Numbered from the stretch's first letter, positions 11,807 through 24,087 are shown. The stretch: 64,000 nucleotides of DNA from Oopsacas minuta (GCA_024704765.1 JAKMXF010000144.1:732184-796183), one strand, 5' to 3'. Program-made: numbers and translations. The notes: generated from the letters alone by a model not told the origin.

Positions 11807-14800
11807 CTAACACGTGTGTATTGGATCTATGATTGTGAATAACATTCTTGCAGGTGTAGACAGGCGAGTACTGCATATTACTATTCTATGATTCTTCTTG
11901 TTCAAAGCTCCACAAATGTCTGTTAGACTTTTAATTTCCTTCCCTGTAACTCCACCCATCATAAACACTATCACAACATTGTTAGAGGAAGGTTTTCTTT
12001 CGAAGCTTTGAGCTTTTCCCATATAATATCCCAAACTTGACATGAGACCCTCTCCAAAGCTAATCGGGTGATATTCTAGTTCTTCTATTTTAGCATTAGA
12101 CAGCAGTAGAGTAGATAGGATGTCTCTTATCAAAGGTTCTCTGACTGCCAAAGATCTGCTGGTACTTTGTGAAGAGAATTTCAGTGGTGGCCATTGTAAC
12201 TGACAAAGATCTCTAAATATACGATTGTGAGAAATATCTAAATACGTACTTATTTAAAAAATTTTTATCTTTCTATTTACGTATGGTACGTATTTATGAA
12301 TACATGCAGCCGTGCATGATATTATATCCGCAAGTATGTATTGTCTCAACTAGAGAAATATACGTATAGTAATTGTGTATACAGAATTTTTCTTTATTAT
12401 TCTAAACATTGTAAAAGTCATACGTTATCAATTGACCTTTATAGTGAGATGGCTAGTATATTACCAGGTAAGAAGATAGCACTAGTGACTGGGGGAGGAA
12501 GTGGTATAGGCAGAACTACTGCTGTCAAGTTCTCTATAAACGGATACAATGTGATAGTAGCAGACATTGATAAGAAATCAGCTGATCAGACTGTAGAATT
12601 ATTGAAAACAGAAGGATTAGCTGTTGAGGTTGATGTCACAATTGAATCTCAGGTGGAGGCAATGGTGAAAGCAGGTGTGGATAGGTTTGGTAGAATTGAT
12701 GCCTGTTATAATAATGCAGGAATAGCTAGCCCAAGAACTAGGGTTCCTAATGTAAAGAGCGAAGATTTCTCCAGAGTAATGGATGTGAATGTGAAAGGAG
12801 TATTTCTATGCATGAAGTATGAAATACAACAATTTCTACAACAAGAACCGTTAGAAATAGAGTTAGATAATAGTGTAGTAGATCCTAACGTTAGTGAGGC
12901 TTTACTAGCTAAATCAGCTCCTAAGCCAGTTAGAGGATATATTGTTAATATGAGTAGTATCTTAGGTGAAATTCCACTACCGGGATCTTCCCCTTATGTA
13001 GCATCTAAATGGGCAGTTATAGGTTTAAGCAAGACAGCAGCTAGTGAGTATGCAAATGATGGTATTCTGATAAACTGCATTTGTCCTAGTTTTTCTGCTA
13101 GTATACTGGTTGATAAACTTAGTGAGAATATGAAGGAGAAACTAATTGCCCGAACTAGTTCGGGTAGGTTTGGAACTCAAGCTGAGATAGCAGAGACAGT
13201 TCTCTGGTTGTGTTCTGGTAAATGTACGTATATGGTTGGAGAGGCCATTACTATTAGTGGAGGTTTTGTTTAATATATATTATGAATTATTTTAATTGAT
13301 AATTCTTAGTATACTAGTGAGTACCTTGTATTTATGTTCCATAACTTGTATTATACTAAACCATATACAATGGTGTCCGCCTATTATTACTATTCGCCTA
13401 ATAGGAAGGTTTTTCAGGGATTAAGAGTCCATTTTGTATTGGTAATAATTCCTCTAATAGCAAGGAAAATTCGTGTAGATACGATTAGCTAATTGGTAAA
13501 GTCCCCTGTATGTGTGAGTGTAAACACATATTTATCATATGATAAAAATATTTTCACACCTTTGAGTCAATTAATTTGCAAATTTTCCAGAGATTATAAT
13601 TCAGCTGCTAATTACCTTAAAAGTAACACTCTATGAAATTACCGGATGTTTTGAAAATAGCGTTAATCTCCTATAAAGTGGTAGTGAACAACTAATAGGG
13701 ATGTATATTTGGATTCAGACACTTTCAACTCTATAAATCTCTAACACAATTATTTCTATACATTTACAATCCTTTGGTGAAATTGATTATTTATTATTAG
13801 TCAAATACTATTGTCTCAAACTCACAATAATTAATTCACCTATGGGGCCATGGCCATGATCCACGGTTTGTAATTAAATCTGAATATGCTGTAATTTGAG
13901 AGTTTTGGAAATTTCCAAAACGTTATAACTTTCATCAGAATCAGATACTTTTTAATTTTCCTATTGACCTATACTTTCAAGTTAGATGGCTAGCAGTACT
14001 AAGATATTACCAAGTAAGAAGATAGCACTAGTGACTGGGCAGGGAGAGGTATAGGCCAAACTACTGCTATAAAGTTCTCTGCAAACGGATACAATGTGAT
14101 AGTAGCAGACATTGATAAGAAATCAGCTGATCAGACTGTAGCGCTGTTGAAAACAGAAGGATTAGCTGTTGAGGTTGATGTCACAAATGAATCTCAGGTG
14201 GAGGCAATGGTGAAAGCAGGTGTGGATAGGTTTGGTAGAATTGATGCCTGTTTTAATAATGCAGGAATACTTAGTCCAACATGCAAACTTCCTAATGTAA
14301 AGAGCGAAGATTTCTCCAAAGTAATGGATGTGAATGTGAAAGGAGTGTTTCTATGCATGAGGTATGAAATAAAACAATTTCTACAACAAGAACCGTTAGA
14401 AATAGAGTTAGATAATAGTGTAGTAGATCCTAACGTTAGTGAGGCTCTACTAGCTAAATCGGCTCCTAAGCCAGTTAGAGGATATATTGTTAATATGAGT
14501 AGTATCTTAGGTAAAATACCAGTGCCTGAATTTTCTCCGTATGTAGCATCTAAATGGGCTGTTACAGGGTTAACCAAGACAACAGCTAGTAAGTTTGCAA
14601 ATGATGGTATTCTGATAAACTGTATTTGCCCAAGTATTATTGCCACTTTATTGATAGAGAAAATGAGTGAGAGTATTCAAGATAAGCTTCTTGAGCGATA
14701 TAGTTCAGGTAGGTTCGGGACTCAAGCTGAGATAGCAGAAGTGTTCTCTGGTTGTGTTCTGGTAAATGTACGTATATGGTTGGAGAGGCTATCACTATTA

Positions 14801-17800
14801 GTGGAGGTTTTGTATAATTATTTTAGAGTATTATTTCATATTTTTAGATTATCTATTAGTTTACTAGTGAGTGCTGTATTACAGATTTTGGTAAAATTGT
14901 ACCAAACATTTTATTCTGCTTTTAGTATTTTCTATTTTAGAAATATGTATGTAATTTAAAATCATATTTTCATCTTATTGGCTCAATAGTTATTTATCTA
15001 ATGCTAGAAAATATACGTAGGTATTTACTAACAGTGTAGATTTTGATGTCCCACCTTTTCGGACATGTCGAGTTAGTATACTAGTGAATGCTTTTTTACA
15101 AATTTTGAAAATTGTACCAAGTAATGTACACTTAAATGTAAATACTTATTTTTCAGATGTCATATTTTCACACCTTTTGGCCAATCTTTTTCAAAAATTC
15201 CGCCGTCCTGACCTCCCCAAATTATAGAGGTTCTACTGTATTACATAGTTTTCGTTGAAATCATATCATTTTATAGGATTGGGTTAACTTACTTGAACCT
15301 AATCAAGATATCATTCAGCCATAATCTCAAGCTTGCTTTATTCCTTGCAATTCTCTTTAACTCATCTGACAGACATTCTAGAAAGTTCTCTCCTCCTTCA
15401 ACTATCTTATTCACCATCTCTTCTTTCATAATCTCTTCTACTTCTCTCACTACTATTTCACTACTACTTAACATTACATATAGCAATGTAGTCAGTAGCT
15501 GCGATAAATTATTCGAATTATCCACTATTTCTTTGAGTTGTAAATTTACACTTTGAGCATCAGTATCTTGAGTTAGGACTAAAGTTAATAGTTTCTCTCT
15601 GCTCTGCATTGTATCCCACTCTCTGCTCCTTTCTCCTCCCTCCAAACATCCTATACAGGCTTCTGCTATCTGTAGCTCTCCTGCATGCCTTGCTATATCT
15701 GCAATGTCTAATTTACTGTAGGCTTCTAGCAGAGCAGATAGATGAGTTGATGTGATACGTCCCAGGCGTTGTGGTAAAGGAGATTTGTGTCCTATATAAG
15801 TAAATATTTGAATCTGATTCTCCTATATAAATATTCTACTAGCATATACTTTCGGTTGTAATTGTATGCAACAGTTACATGCAATAAGTTCGTGTAAATT
15901 TGCATGCAATGCACACATATTTGTTTTGTAAATTTTTTAGGGCAATTTTACAACTACATTATTGCACCATGTATGGTAAAGCCCAACCATACGCAATGCA
16001 GGTTTCTGTATGCAACAAGATAACAACACAATCAATAACGTTGCATGAAAAAAGTAAATTTTCATGCAACATTGTTACAGGAAAATAATACACGTTCCTA
16101 TTTCCTTGTAACAAGTTGTTTGCAACATTATTGCATGCATTTCTTATCATACAGGGCGCAGCTATTTTATACAAATTTTGTTTTTAGAATTTCGAGGGAA
16201 AATTTGTTGCATGCAACAATATTACAAGTATATGGTGGGGGCTAGGAAATTGATTACGTTCCAATAGCTAATCAGGGTAAGTTGTTAGAAAAAGAGTTAG
16301 CAGCTGACTCCGGCCGCACTATTAATAATTGTGTATTCTCTTCATCATATTCCTTATTTAATTTCAAATAATTTAATACTCATCATTAGTAGAGTTATCT
16401 AGAGCATAATGGCTAGTCTCCGCCGCAGCTACCAACAAGTCTGTGAGAGCCACGCAGTCAACAAGCCGAGCGTCTTATCTCTTCAAAGATTCTTTCAAAT
16501 AGAGAACGGACTTCCTATTCACTTGAAGGCAGGTAGGAGAGATGGCTTAGTGCTATCAGGACTAGTATTCGCATGTGGTGTAGGACTTATGGCTACTGCT
16601 TACAATATGTACAAGCTATCATTTGGGAAAATGAAGAAGTAGTATAAGTACGTGGATAGTAATAATACAAGCATTATATCAACAATTACCAAGTGCTATT
16701 TCACGACATATGAATATAAATACATTTGTAATGTAGAAGTACTGTTTAACTTATTAATTAATTAATTAGAAATTATCATAAATAAACATTCATTCAGGCG
16801 AATATCTTCAAAGATCAATGATCATATGTTGAAGAATATACATTGTTATTCTATCTGACTCCGTGGCGCAACGGTAGCGCGTCTGACTCCAGATCAGAAG
16901 GCTGCGTGTTCAAATCACGTCGGGGTCATTAACTTTTTATACTTTTTATACTTTTTATACTTTCTATATTATATAATTGTCAGTTAGTTTGGGTGTCTAA
17001 TATTTGAAATTTCCTTTATATACGTAGTAATTACTAAGTTCGTTCCCATATTTTGCAACATTTAGATTCATTTTCAAAATTTTAGATTCCGACCGCTTGT
17101 CATGGTGATATACCAAAAGTTTCAACACCCTTTTTGTCAACATATATTTATATTTAAACTTACCCATCTTCTTCAGTCCATCTAAAAGAGAAGCTACTAT
17201 TTCTAGCAGAACTTCTTGAGGTCTCAAGGTAGCCAAACTCTTGATTAGATTTTGAGCTATAATGTTGTTCGGCTGAGACAGACACCCAGGTACATAGTTA
17301 GGAGTTATATACTTCTCTGAGAACATTCTTGACATGTTTATTCTTACATCTGAAGAATCGTCACACCAGTCAGGGAAACATCCACATACTCTGTCTAGAA
17401 GATTATCCCCACAGTGACTCAATACTGTTGCCATATCCTAAGAAGACACAATTAACAATTAGATGGGAGTATATACCTACAATATTGTACATTACATACA
17501 AGTGTTCTGTCAATGAGAATGAGAGAAGCTTTCTTTCCGAACTCTGTTGGCTCATCTTCTCTAATTACAGATATGATGTTCTTGGCTAGTACTCTGCTGC
17601 TACTTCCTATACTGAATACATCCGGTGTTACACCTAACTCACTGCATAGACATAGAATGTGTTCACTCAACACCTGTAGAATGATAATATAGGGTGAGTA
17701 TGATGTTATCAGGGGTGATGTAAGCTGTCGAGTTGGTCAGGTTTGACCTGACTACTATATGACTGCTTTTATCTTCCCTATTATGGCACACTTGTTCTTA

Positions 17801-18356
17801 CTTGTAATTCAAGTTTATATGAAGCAGAAATGTTGTTCGGTTCTATCTTCCCTCCTATTGTAGTTTCTGCTCCCTGCCAGTAGTAGATATCACTTCTAAT
17901 TGCTGGTTGAGTATTGTAAGCTGGTATCAAGTGGATGTCTGGAGCTATATTAATGTTACTGCAGTTTATATGATATATATCTACATCAGCTGTTGTCTTT
18001 ATGAGAGATTCATTGAGTTGCTTATAGAGAGCTGTGTTCTGGCAGATTATTGTAGAGGCTGATATTTTTGAGATATAGCTATTAAGTGAGATTAGTGTTG
18101 ACTGAAGAAGCGGGGAAGATAAGAGAAATACTGCTGCTTCATCTGTTGAGGGAGGAGATTTCCCTGATAACACTTCTTCAAGGATGTATATCTTTAGGTT
18201 TTGTGGTTGGTTAGATATATGAGGGAGGATATCCACGTGTATCCGTGTAGTCTGCCAGTGAATTAGTTCAGCTGTAGCTTCATCTAGTAGTAACTGAGAC
18301 ACGTTTTTGTTGAGAATATCAGCTGATATGTTTGATAAATATCTACTGAGATACAT
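11807..18356 (-). CDS. SCFD2: Sec1 family domain-containing protein 2; 5 exons: 18356-17802, 17673-17500, 17437-17164, 15791-15293, 12212-11807 (635 aa)
   Basis: All four introns are GT-AG with matching phases and the exons total 1908 nt. Motifs LLDEATAELIHW, LIDRTL|DMATVLSHCGDNL, VPGCLSQ, LGRIT, VFMMGGVT..EI and ICSTRL match SCFD2 as I recall it. Confidence 0.85.
12449..13273 (+). CDS. SDR paralog 2, nested in SCFD2 intron 4
   Basis: ATG at 12449 matches the start of paralog 1; TGGGSGIG, NNAG, YVASK. Confidence 0.9.
   Translation: MASILPGKKIALVTGGGSGIGRTTAVKFSINGYNVIVADIDKKSADQTVELLKTEGLAVEVDVTIESQVEAMVKAGVDRFGRIDACYNNAGIASPRTRVPNVKSEDFSRVMDVNVKGVFLCMKYEIQQFLQQEPLEIELDNSVVDPNVSEALLAKSAPKPVRGYIVNMSSILGEIPLPGSSPYVASKWAVIGLSKTAASEYANDGILINCICPSFSASILVDKLSENMKEKLIARTSSGRFGTQAEIAETVLWLCSGKCTYMVGEAITISGGFV
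13986..14817 (+). pseudogene. SDR paralog 3, nested in SCFD2 intron 4; two 1-nt deletions (pseudogene or assembly error)
   Basis: One extra G at 14037-14039 restores TGAGRGIG. One extra A at 14739-14740 restores AESVLWLCSGKCTYMVGEAITISGGFV* (stop 14815-14817), as in paralog 2. Confidence 0.75.
15860..16230. repeat. Palindrome-rich TGCATGCA repeat element (MITE-like); related copy at ~29750-29990
   Basis: Hairpins ttgcatgaaaa..ttttcatgcaa and ttgttacaggaaaata..tatttccttgtaacaa. The same core (gcatgaaa..tttcatgca..cattgtt.caggaaaata) occurs near 29790. Confidence 0.5.
16409..16642 (+). CDS. COX7A: Cytochrome c oxidase subunit 7A-like, nested in SCFD2 intron 3
   Basis: QRFFQIENGLPIHLKAG..D motif followed by a single hydrophobic TM helix; 77 aa. 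Confidence 0.78.
   Translation: MASLRRSYQQVCESHAVNKPSVLSLQRFFQIENGLPIHLKAGRRDGLVLSGLVFACGVGLMATAYNMYKLSFGKMKK
16857..16928 (+). tRNA. tRNA-Trp(CCA), nested in SCFD2 intron 3
   Basis: GACTCCG/CGGGGTC acceptor stem, TGGCGCAACGGTAGCGC D-arm, TCTGA-CTCCAGA-TCAGA anticodon arm, GTTCAAATC T-loop; 72 nt. Confidence 0.96.
16934..16938 (+). terminator. Pol III T5 terminator of tRNA-Trp
   Basis: TTTTT 6 nt after the discriminator base, followed by further T5 runs. Confidence 0.7.
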
Positions 18357-18671
18357 ATCCGCTAACTAAATATTATTATTTAAACTATAATTGTATATTG
18401 CGTGAAATGTGGGAGTCAACATTGCATTGTAAGCGTTTTTAATACAGTACAGGACTAGCTTTGAAATTTCTGTATACTGTATTGTAATCCCTAATATGGC
18501 TGAAATATAGGTGTTAACACAGCATACACGACGCACTAATGTTGTATCTTGTATGGCGGTCTTGAAGACTCAATATAGGTATTTCTTTTGCAATTTTCAT
18601 ATCCTGAATGTTTATTTACTGATTACTGACTAGTAACCATACCGTAGGCTGTGAGTATAAATCGTTTAGAT

Positions 18672-18811
18672 CAGTGGTTTTCAACCTTTTTCACCTGCGT
18701 ACCCCTTGGTCAATTTTCTGGGGTCCGGGGACCGACCCCCCTGCCATTAAACATAATTCGATCTCTTTTAGGACGACGAACAGGTCGCTAACCCCAGGTT
18801 GAGAACCACAA
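18672..18811. mobile_element. hAT-type MITE in the SCFD2/CLPB divergent intergenic region
   Basis: CAGTGGTTTTCAACC ... GGTTGAGAACCAC termini; flanks gtttagat / ctttagat (7/8 match, 8-bp TSD). Confidence 0.7.
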
Positions 18812-18867
18812 CTTTAGATGTTACGTTATAACTTATAAATATTAACCATATTTGTTCAAGTATATAA

Positions 18868-20676
18868 ATGTCCCTGAGATCATTGTTTCACATTTTGAAG
18901 GGAGCAAAGAATTTATATTTATTTAGATCACTTGCTTTCCAATCAAAACACAAGACTCGTCTCAAACTGATACAATCTAATTCTCGTACATACTCTATCC
19001 TCCCATTACAAACTGAACACTTTAATCATGACAACAGAACAGGCACAGAGAATTTCACCTACCAACCATTATTACTCGCTATTGTGTTATTCTTCACCAG
19101 TAACAATTCAGATTTCCTTAAAGATCAGAATGCACTATTCACTGCTATTTTAAATAGAAATACAGCAGCAGTAAAATCCCTCTTGTCACAAGGTGCTGAT
19201 GTTAATACAAGACACAAATACGGCTGGACACCACTACATGCAGCAGTAGCTACTGGTAGTGTAGAGCTAGTGAGACTGCTCTTGAAATCAGGAGCTGATA
19301 TTAATGCACAAGATGAGTTCTCTAGTGTACAGCGGTTAGCTAAGAAGACAGGGTTATCCGCTAGGCAAGTATGGGAGCAGAGAGATAGTCAATTCTCAGA
19401 TAAACTAGACCATAGTTCAGATTTCAATGGATTCACAGCTCTACACTACTCAGTACTGTTAGGTGATAACAAGATGACTGATCTGCTGATAACCAAGGGT
19501 ATTAATGCTACGTTAGAAGCACACGCAGGGTATACAGCTAAACAGTTGACAAATGATCCTCAGCTCAAGAAGCTTCTAGATAGAGCAGAAGAAAAATCTA
19601 GGGAGAAAGAAAATGAAAGAGAACGTGAAGAGAAGTTAAAGTTTCCGTTAGAACTCAGATTCAAAGAGGTTATAATCGGACAGGATGGTCCCATCCTCTC
19701 TGTGAGTGCAGCTATACGTCGTAGAGAGAATGGCTGGGGAGATGACGAACATCCTCTAGTATTCCTATTCATCGGATCATCTGGCATAGGTAAAACTGAG
19801 TTAGCTAAACAGCTGGCTAAATACATACATGGGAAGAATCCTAAAGGGTTCATACGATTAGATATGTCTGAGTTCCAGCAGAAACACGAGGTAGCTAAGT
19901 TCATCGGAGCTCCACCTGGATACATAGGATTTGATAGCGGAGGTCAGGTTACTGATAAGTTAAGGGAATGTCCTAATGCTGTTGTGTTATTTGATGAAGT
20001 TGAGAAAGCACACCCAGATGTATTAACTATCATGTTACAGCTGTTTGATGAAGGCAGGCTAACAGACGGGTTAGGTAAGACTGTAGAGTGTAAGGATGCT
20101 ATATTTGTGATGACGTCAAACCTTGCTAGTAACGAGATAGCTAACCATGCGGTTAAGTTAAGACAGGATGTACAGCTGGCTAAACAGGAGAGAAGAGAGA
20201 GAGATATCTCTAAGATTGAGGACCAGATTGTTATCTCTCGTGATTTTAAACGTAAAGTTGTTGAGCCTATTTTAAAGAGAACTTTCCTACGGGATGAGTT
20301 TCTTGGTAGAATTAATGAGATTCTATACTTCCTTCCTTTCACACGATCTGAACTCAACCAGTTAGTTCTTAAAGAGATGGAATTCTGGAAGAGTAAGGCT
20401 TATGAAAGGCACAAGATATCTCTCACGTGGGAGAGAGGAGTAGTAGATCTGTTAGCAGATGCTTATAACATTAAATACGGAGCTCGTAGTATAAAGTACG
20501 AGGTAGAGCGTAGTGTAGTGAGTCAGCTGGCCATGGCACATGAGAGGAGATTGATACAAGTAGGGGATGAGGTTAATGTACGAGTTGTAGAGATTAAAGG
20601 AGGTAGTGTGATACAGTTACAGAGACTAGAAGGTAATAGATACACTGATATAGAGCTTACACCTGTTGTTATGTAA
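18868..20676 (+). CDS. CLPB: Mitochondrial CLPB/Skd3 (ankyrin repeats + AAA+ domain)
   Basis: Basic N-terminal leader, ankyrin repeats (GWTPLHAA, GFTALHYS), Walker A GSSGIGKT, pore loop GAPPGYIG, Walker B FDEVEK, FLGRI, YGARSI. Confidence 0.93.
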   Translation: MSLRSLFHILKGAKNLYLFRSLAFQSKHKTRLKLIQSNSRTYSILPLQTEHFNHDNRTGTENFTYQPLLLAIVLFFTSNNSDFLKDQNALFTAILNRNTAAVKSLLSQGADVNTRHKYGWTPLHAAVATGSVELVRLLLKSGADINAQDEFSSVQRLAKKTGLSARQVWEQRDSQFSDKLDHSSDFNGFTALHYSVLLGDNKMTDLLITKGINATLEAHAGYTAKQLTNDPQLKKLLDRAEEKSREKENEREREEKLKFPLELRFKEVIIGQDGPILSVSAAIRRRENGWGDDEHPLVFLFIGSSGIGKTELAKQLAKYIHGKNPKGFIRLDMSEFQQKHEVAKFIGAPPGYIGFDSGGQVTDKLRECPNAVVLFDEVEKAHPDVLTIMLQLFDEGRLTDGLGKTVECKDAIFVMTSNLASNEIANHAVKLRQDVQLAKQERRERDISKIEDQIVISRDFKRKVVEPILKRTFLRDEFLGRINEILYFLPFTRSELNQLVLKEMEFWKSKAYERHKISLTWERGVVDLLADAYNIKYGARSIKYEVERSVVSQLAMAHERRLIQVGDEVNVRVVEIKGGSVIQLQRLEGNRYTDIELTPVVM

Positions 20677-21586
20677 TGTATTAAATAATGCTATTACACA
20701 TACGATTAGTACGGAATGATAGCTAATAAACGTACAGTGATCTCTTGTTATTAAGAAGTGCTCGGGACCTTAGTTTCATTTCGTTATATGTGGAGTAAAA
20801 TCAATTACTTTGAAGCTATAGGGTGTAAATCGAAAGAATCACTTCGTTACTACGATAGTTTCGTTATATTAATCATATTAGTTAATAATTGGAGTTTAGT
20901 GGATAAATCCAGTTTGGTAATCTTCATTACTATTCTATCTATAGTTATTCCAAACTTATGCGACAGCCTGCATGTCTACAGGTGTATGAATGTATTGTAG
21001 AATATTTCTTCAAAACAAAGGTTTGATGCATAAATATCGTATGTTAATTATTAGCAGTTTCTAAGAGTGACTACGTTACGTATTTCTGGCATAGACTTAA
21101 AGTTGCTAGGAAAAAATTGTCCTGCATATGATAATTAAATGAACAATGTCATGATGGCAAGTTCGTTTAATACACTTAACTCTCTTTTTTAATGAACACG
21201 GATATATCAACATACCAGCTTAATAGAAGTCTGAAATTGTACTAATATCCTCCCAAATAGTTGGCTGTGTTTCTACTATCCAACGCTCTATTGATATAGT
21301 ATATAAATATATTGTCAATTCGTCATACAATTCTATTCTGTTAAATGTAAGTTTCACATGAAAACTCTATAGAATGGAGCTATTATTTAGAGTTTTTACG
21401 GTATTTGATCATACATTTATTAATTATCTTAGTTTATCTAATTACACCAATTTGTTATATTAGATATATTCACTGAATCATTCTGTAAGTTCAGACATCA
21501 CAGCCATTATGTCTAAGTTCACCACGCTAGTATATAAATACTCAAATTACTATGTATTTCTATTTCCAAACTGATCAAGTTGTCCG

Positions 21587-22888
21587 ATGGCTGAAGACAA
21601 GAAGGCCAAACCAAAACCAATCTACAAATCATATTGTACCTGTACTAGTCTACTCTACATTCTTGCTGTCATAGGAATTATACTAGCTGGGGCTTATTAC
21701 TATGTACATTATGGATGTGATCTTAGCAACGAGCATGAAGAGATGGACTGTTCCGAAATATTTAGGATGAAGACATTGCCGATGTTTTTCCAATGGAGCA
21801 TTGAGTGGACACAACTGCTAGATTCCTGGGGCATACTAGATTTCAAAATGAGCATACGTAGATCCTTTGATAGCATGAACGTTAATACTACTCATCTATT
21901 CAATACACCTAATATAACTAACCTGTCTATATTGGTGCAGGAATGGGAACACAATGGTTATAATCTGTACAGCTATACACCTAATGAATTAGTGGGGGTA
22001 TCTAATCAACCAGTAGTCATACATCTACATGGAGGCGGTGGTGTTCTATTTAGTCCAAAATATTTCGATTTTACAATAAGATATTTAGCTAATAGTTATA
22101 AGATCAAATTTATTGTGCCTGATTACCCAAAGAGTCCAGAGGTTGTCTTCCCTACTGTTCACGAGTTTTGTTTGAATGCAGTTAAGCATGTGTTTGAGAA
22201 TAGTAAGAAGTTCTCAATTGATCCTAAACGTGTTTCTATCACAGGAGATAGCTTCGGAGGACATGCAGGATTGTACGTATCATTTAAATGGAGAGAGTTA
22301 GGTTATTATAAGAAATATGCACCAATACTAACGTTATCTCTGGTGTACCCATGGGTACAGTTTGTTAATACGAACCTAGACTCCTATAGGGATAGTAATA
22401 ATAATAATAGACTTCTAAGTGTTCGTTCTATTGCTACTTTTGCTTCTTTCCTTATCAACGGTAGTCTAGATCTTACTGATTTGATTATAAACCAATCTTT
22501 ACCAAAAATGAGTCCGAATTATAAAGAGAGACAGTTAGCTTTCCCTGAGCTATTGCCTAAAATTGATTGGGAGCCACCCCAGTCCATGATTGAGAAATAC
22601 GCTAGTTCTGCTGACACAATTATAGATCCGTATACTTGCTTTCTATTCCAAACCGACTTTTCACACCTACCTCCTATTTACGTCATAAGTGCAGGTTATG
22701 ACTTACTTCTATCAGAGAGTATCATGTTAATTCAGAGGATGAATGAGAGTGGAGTACAGGTTGAGCATTATGTGGCTGAGAAAATGTTCCATGGATTCTT
22801 TGCTATATCAAAACCTATGAAGACGTACTCTGAGACTTTCATAGGATTTGAAAAGCTAGGAAAGTTTCTCAAAAAACATAATAAATAA
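21587..22888 (+). CDS. Arylacetamide deacetylase-like / HSL-family esterase with N-terminal TM anchor
   Basis: HGGG oxyanion motif, GDSFGG nucleophile, GYDLL acid, HGF His; hydrophobic N-terminal segment. Confidence 0.85.
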   Translation: MAEDKKAKPKPIYKSYCTCTSLLYILAVIGIILAGAYYYVHYGCDLSNEHEEMDCSEIFRMKTLPMFFQWSIEWTQLLDSWGILDFKMSIRRSFDSMNVNTTHLFNTPNITNLSILVQEWEHNGYNLYSYTPNELVGVSNQPVVIHLHGGGGVLFSPKYFDFTIRYLANSYKIKFIVPDYPKSPEVVFPTVHEFCLNAVKHVFENSKKFSIDPKRVSITGDSFGGHAGLYVSFKWRELGYYKKYAPILTLSLVYPWVQFVNTNLDSYRDSNNNNRLLSVRSIATFASFLINGSLDLTDLIINQSLPKMSPNYKERQLAFPELLPKIDWEPPQSMIEKYASSADTIIDPYTCFLFQTDFSHLPPIYVISAGYDLLLSESIMLIQRMNESGVQVEHYVAEKMFHGFFAISKPMKTYSETFIGFEKLGKFLKKHNK

Positions 22889-22990
22889 GTTTCAGCTCGT
22901 ATAATATCTGTGTTTGTATATTACAGATGTTTAGGTGATAATTAGTAATTCCTGTAATTGGTGAATATTATCGTTGCAATAACTATGTGT

Positions 22991-24050
22991 TACGCTGGTC
23001 AACAAGCAATTTGTCGCCTAAGATGTTAGATCAGTTTCCAGGTATATTGACCCAGGAAATCTGAAAATGGCATCGGCTTATCCGAATTGGCTCTAGTTTT
23101 TGCGATACCTAATATTAAATTTGGCCCGATAAGTATAAAAATAGTGAAGATATACTACACATAAATTTCTTCACATTAATAGTGGCATGGTGTTTCAGTG
23201 GTGACATTCAACATTTTATGCTTCCAAGTGTAAAATTTGAATTATTGAAATTTGTAGTTTTTGAATGTAACTATTAACTGCAAAACCGAAAATCGGGAAG
23301 TAGAATTTTATCATTATAGCTACTCCGTATAAATACATTGATTATTGTCAAAACAATTATTCGGTTAAAAGTAATAATATTAAAAAGAATACTAAACTTG
23401 TTTATTGAAGAACATCTAAAAATAGTCTCTTATTTGATTTTCTGTTATGAGATATCAGAGGGCAATCTCGCTGGAGGCTCCAACAGTAATCTGCCATCAT
23501 GTGGGTATCCCACCTGCCTTGATATCTCTCTTCAATGACCTTGATGTCCTGATGAAACCTTTCCCCCTGTTCTTCACTTAGATCCCCAAGGTTTTCAGGG
23601 AAACGATCCAGGTGGCTAAATAGATAGTGAACCTTGATGCTCATGTTGACATCTAAATATTTAAATTTGTGAACATGTCATTGACCAAATCTATGTACCT
23701 AAGAAGTTATTTACTACAAAAACAAATGCACACCACGCAGAAGATTCTAAATTAGTCATGGATTGGACGAAACCAGAGTTTCTTATGAGACTGCGGATCT
23801 GAGGACCATCAAAGATCCCTGCTTTCAGTTTTTCATTGCTCATTCCTGGGAATGATCTGCAAATGTACTTGAAACAGGGGCCGTCTTTATCTAGAGATTT
23901 TATGAACTGCTTCATTCAACCCAACTTGATGTGGAGGGGTGGAAGAATGATTTTTTTCTCTAGAAACCAATGGTTCATACAGAATGTTTGCTTCTCCAAC
24001 TGTTAGATGAGTTCTCAAGGGCCAATGCCTTAGTTAAATGTATTTGGGCA
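22991..24050 (-). mobile_element. Degenerate Chapaev-like (CMC) DNA transposon, transposase remnant
   Basis: PPLHIKLG*MKQFIKSL, GIFDGPQIR, HYLFSHLDRFPENLGDLSEEQGERFHQD, MMADYCW; broken by stops and frameshifts. Boundaries approximate. Confidence 0.7.
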
Positions 24051-24087
24051 ATGAATAAACAAAAATTAACATAATTACATATTTCCC

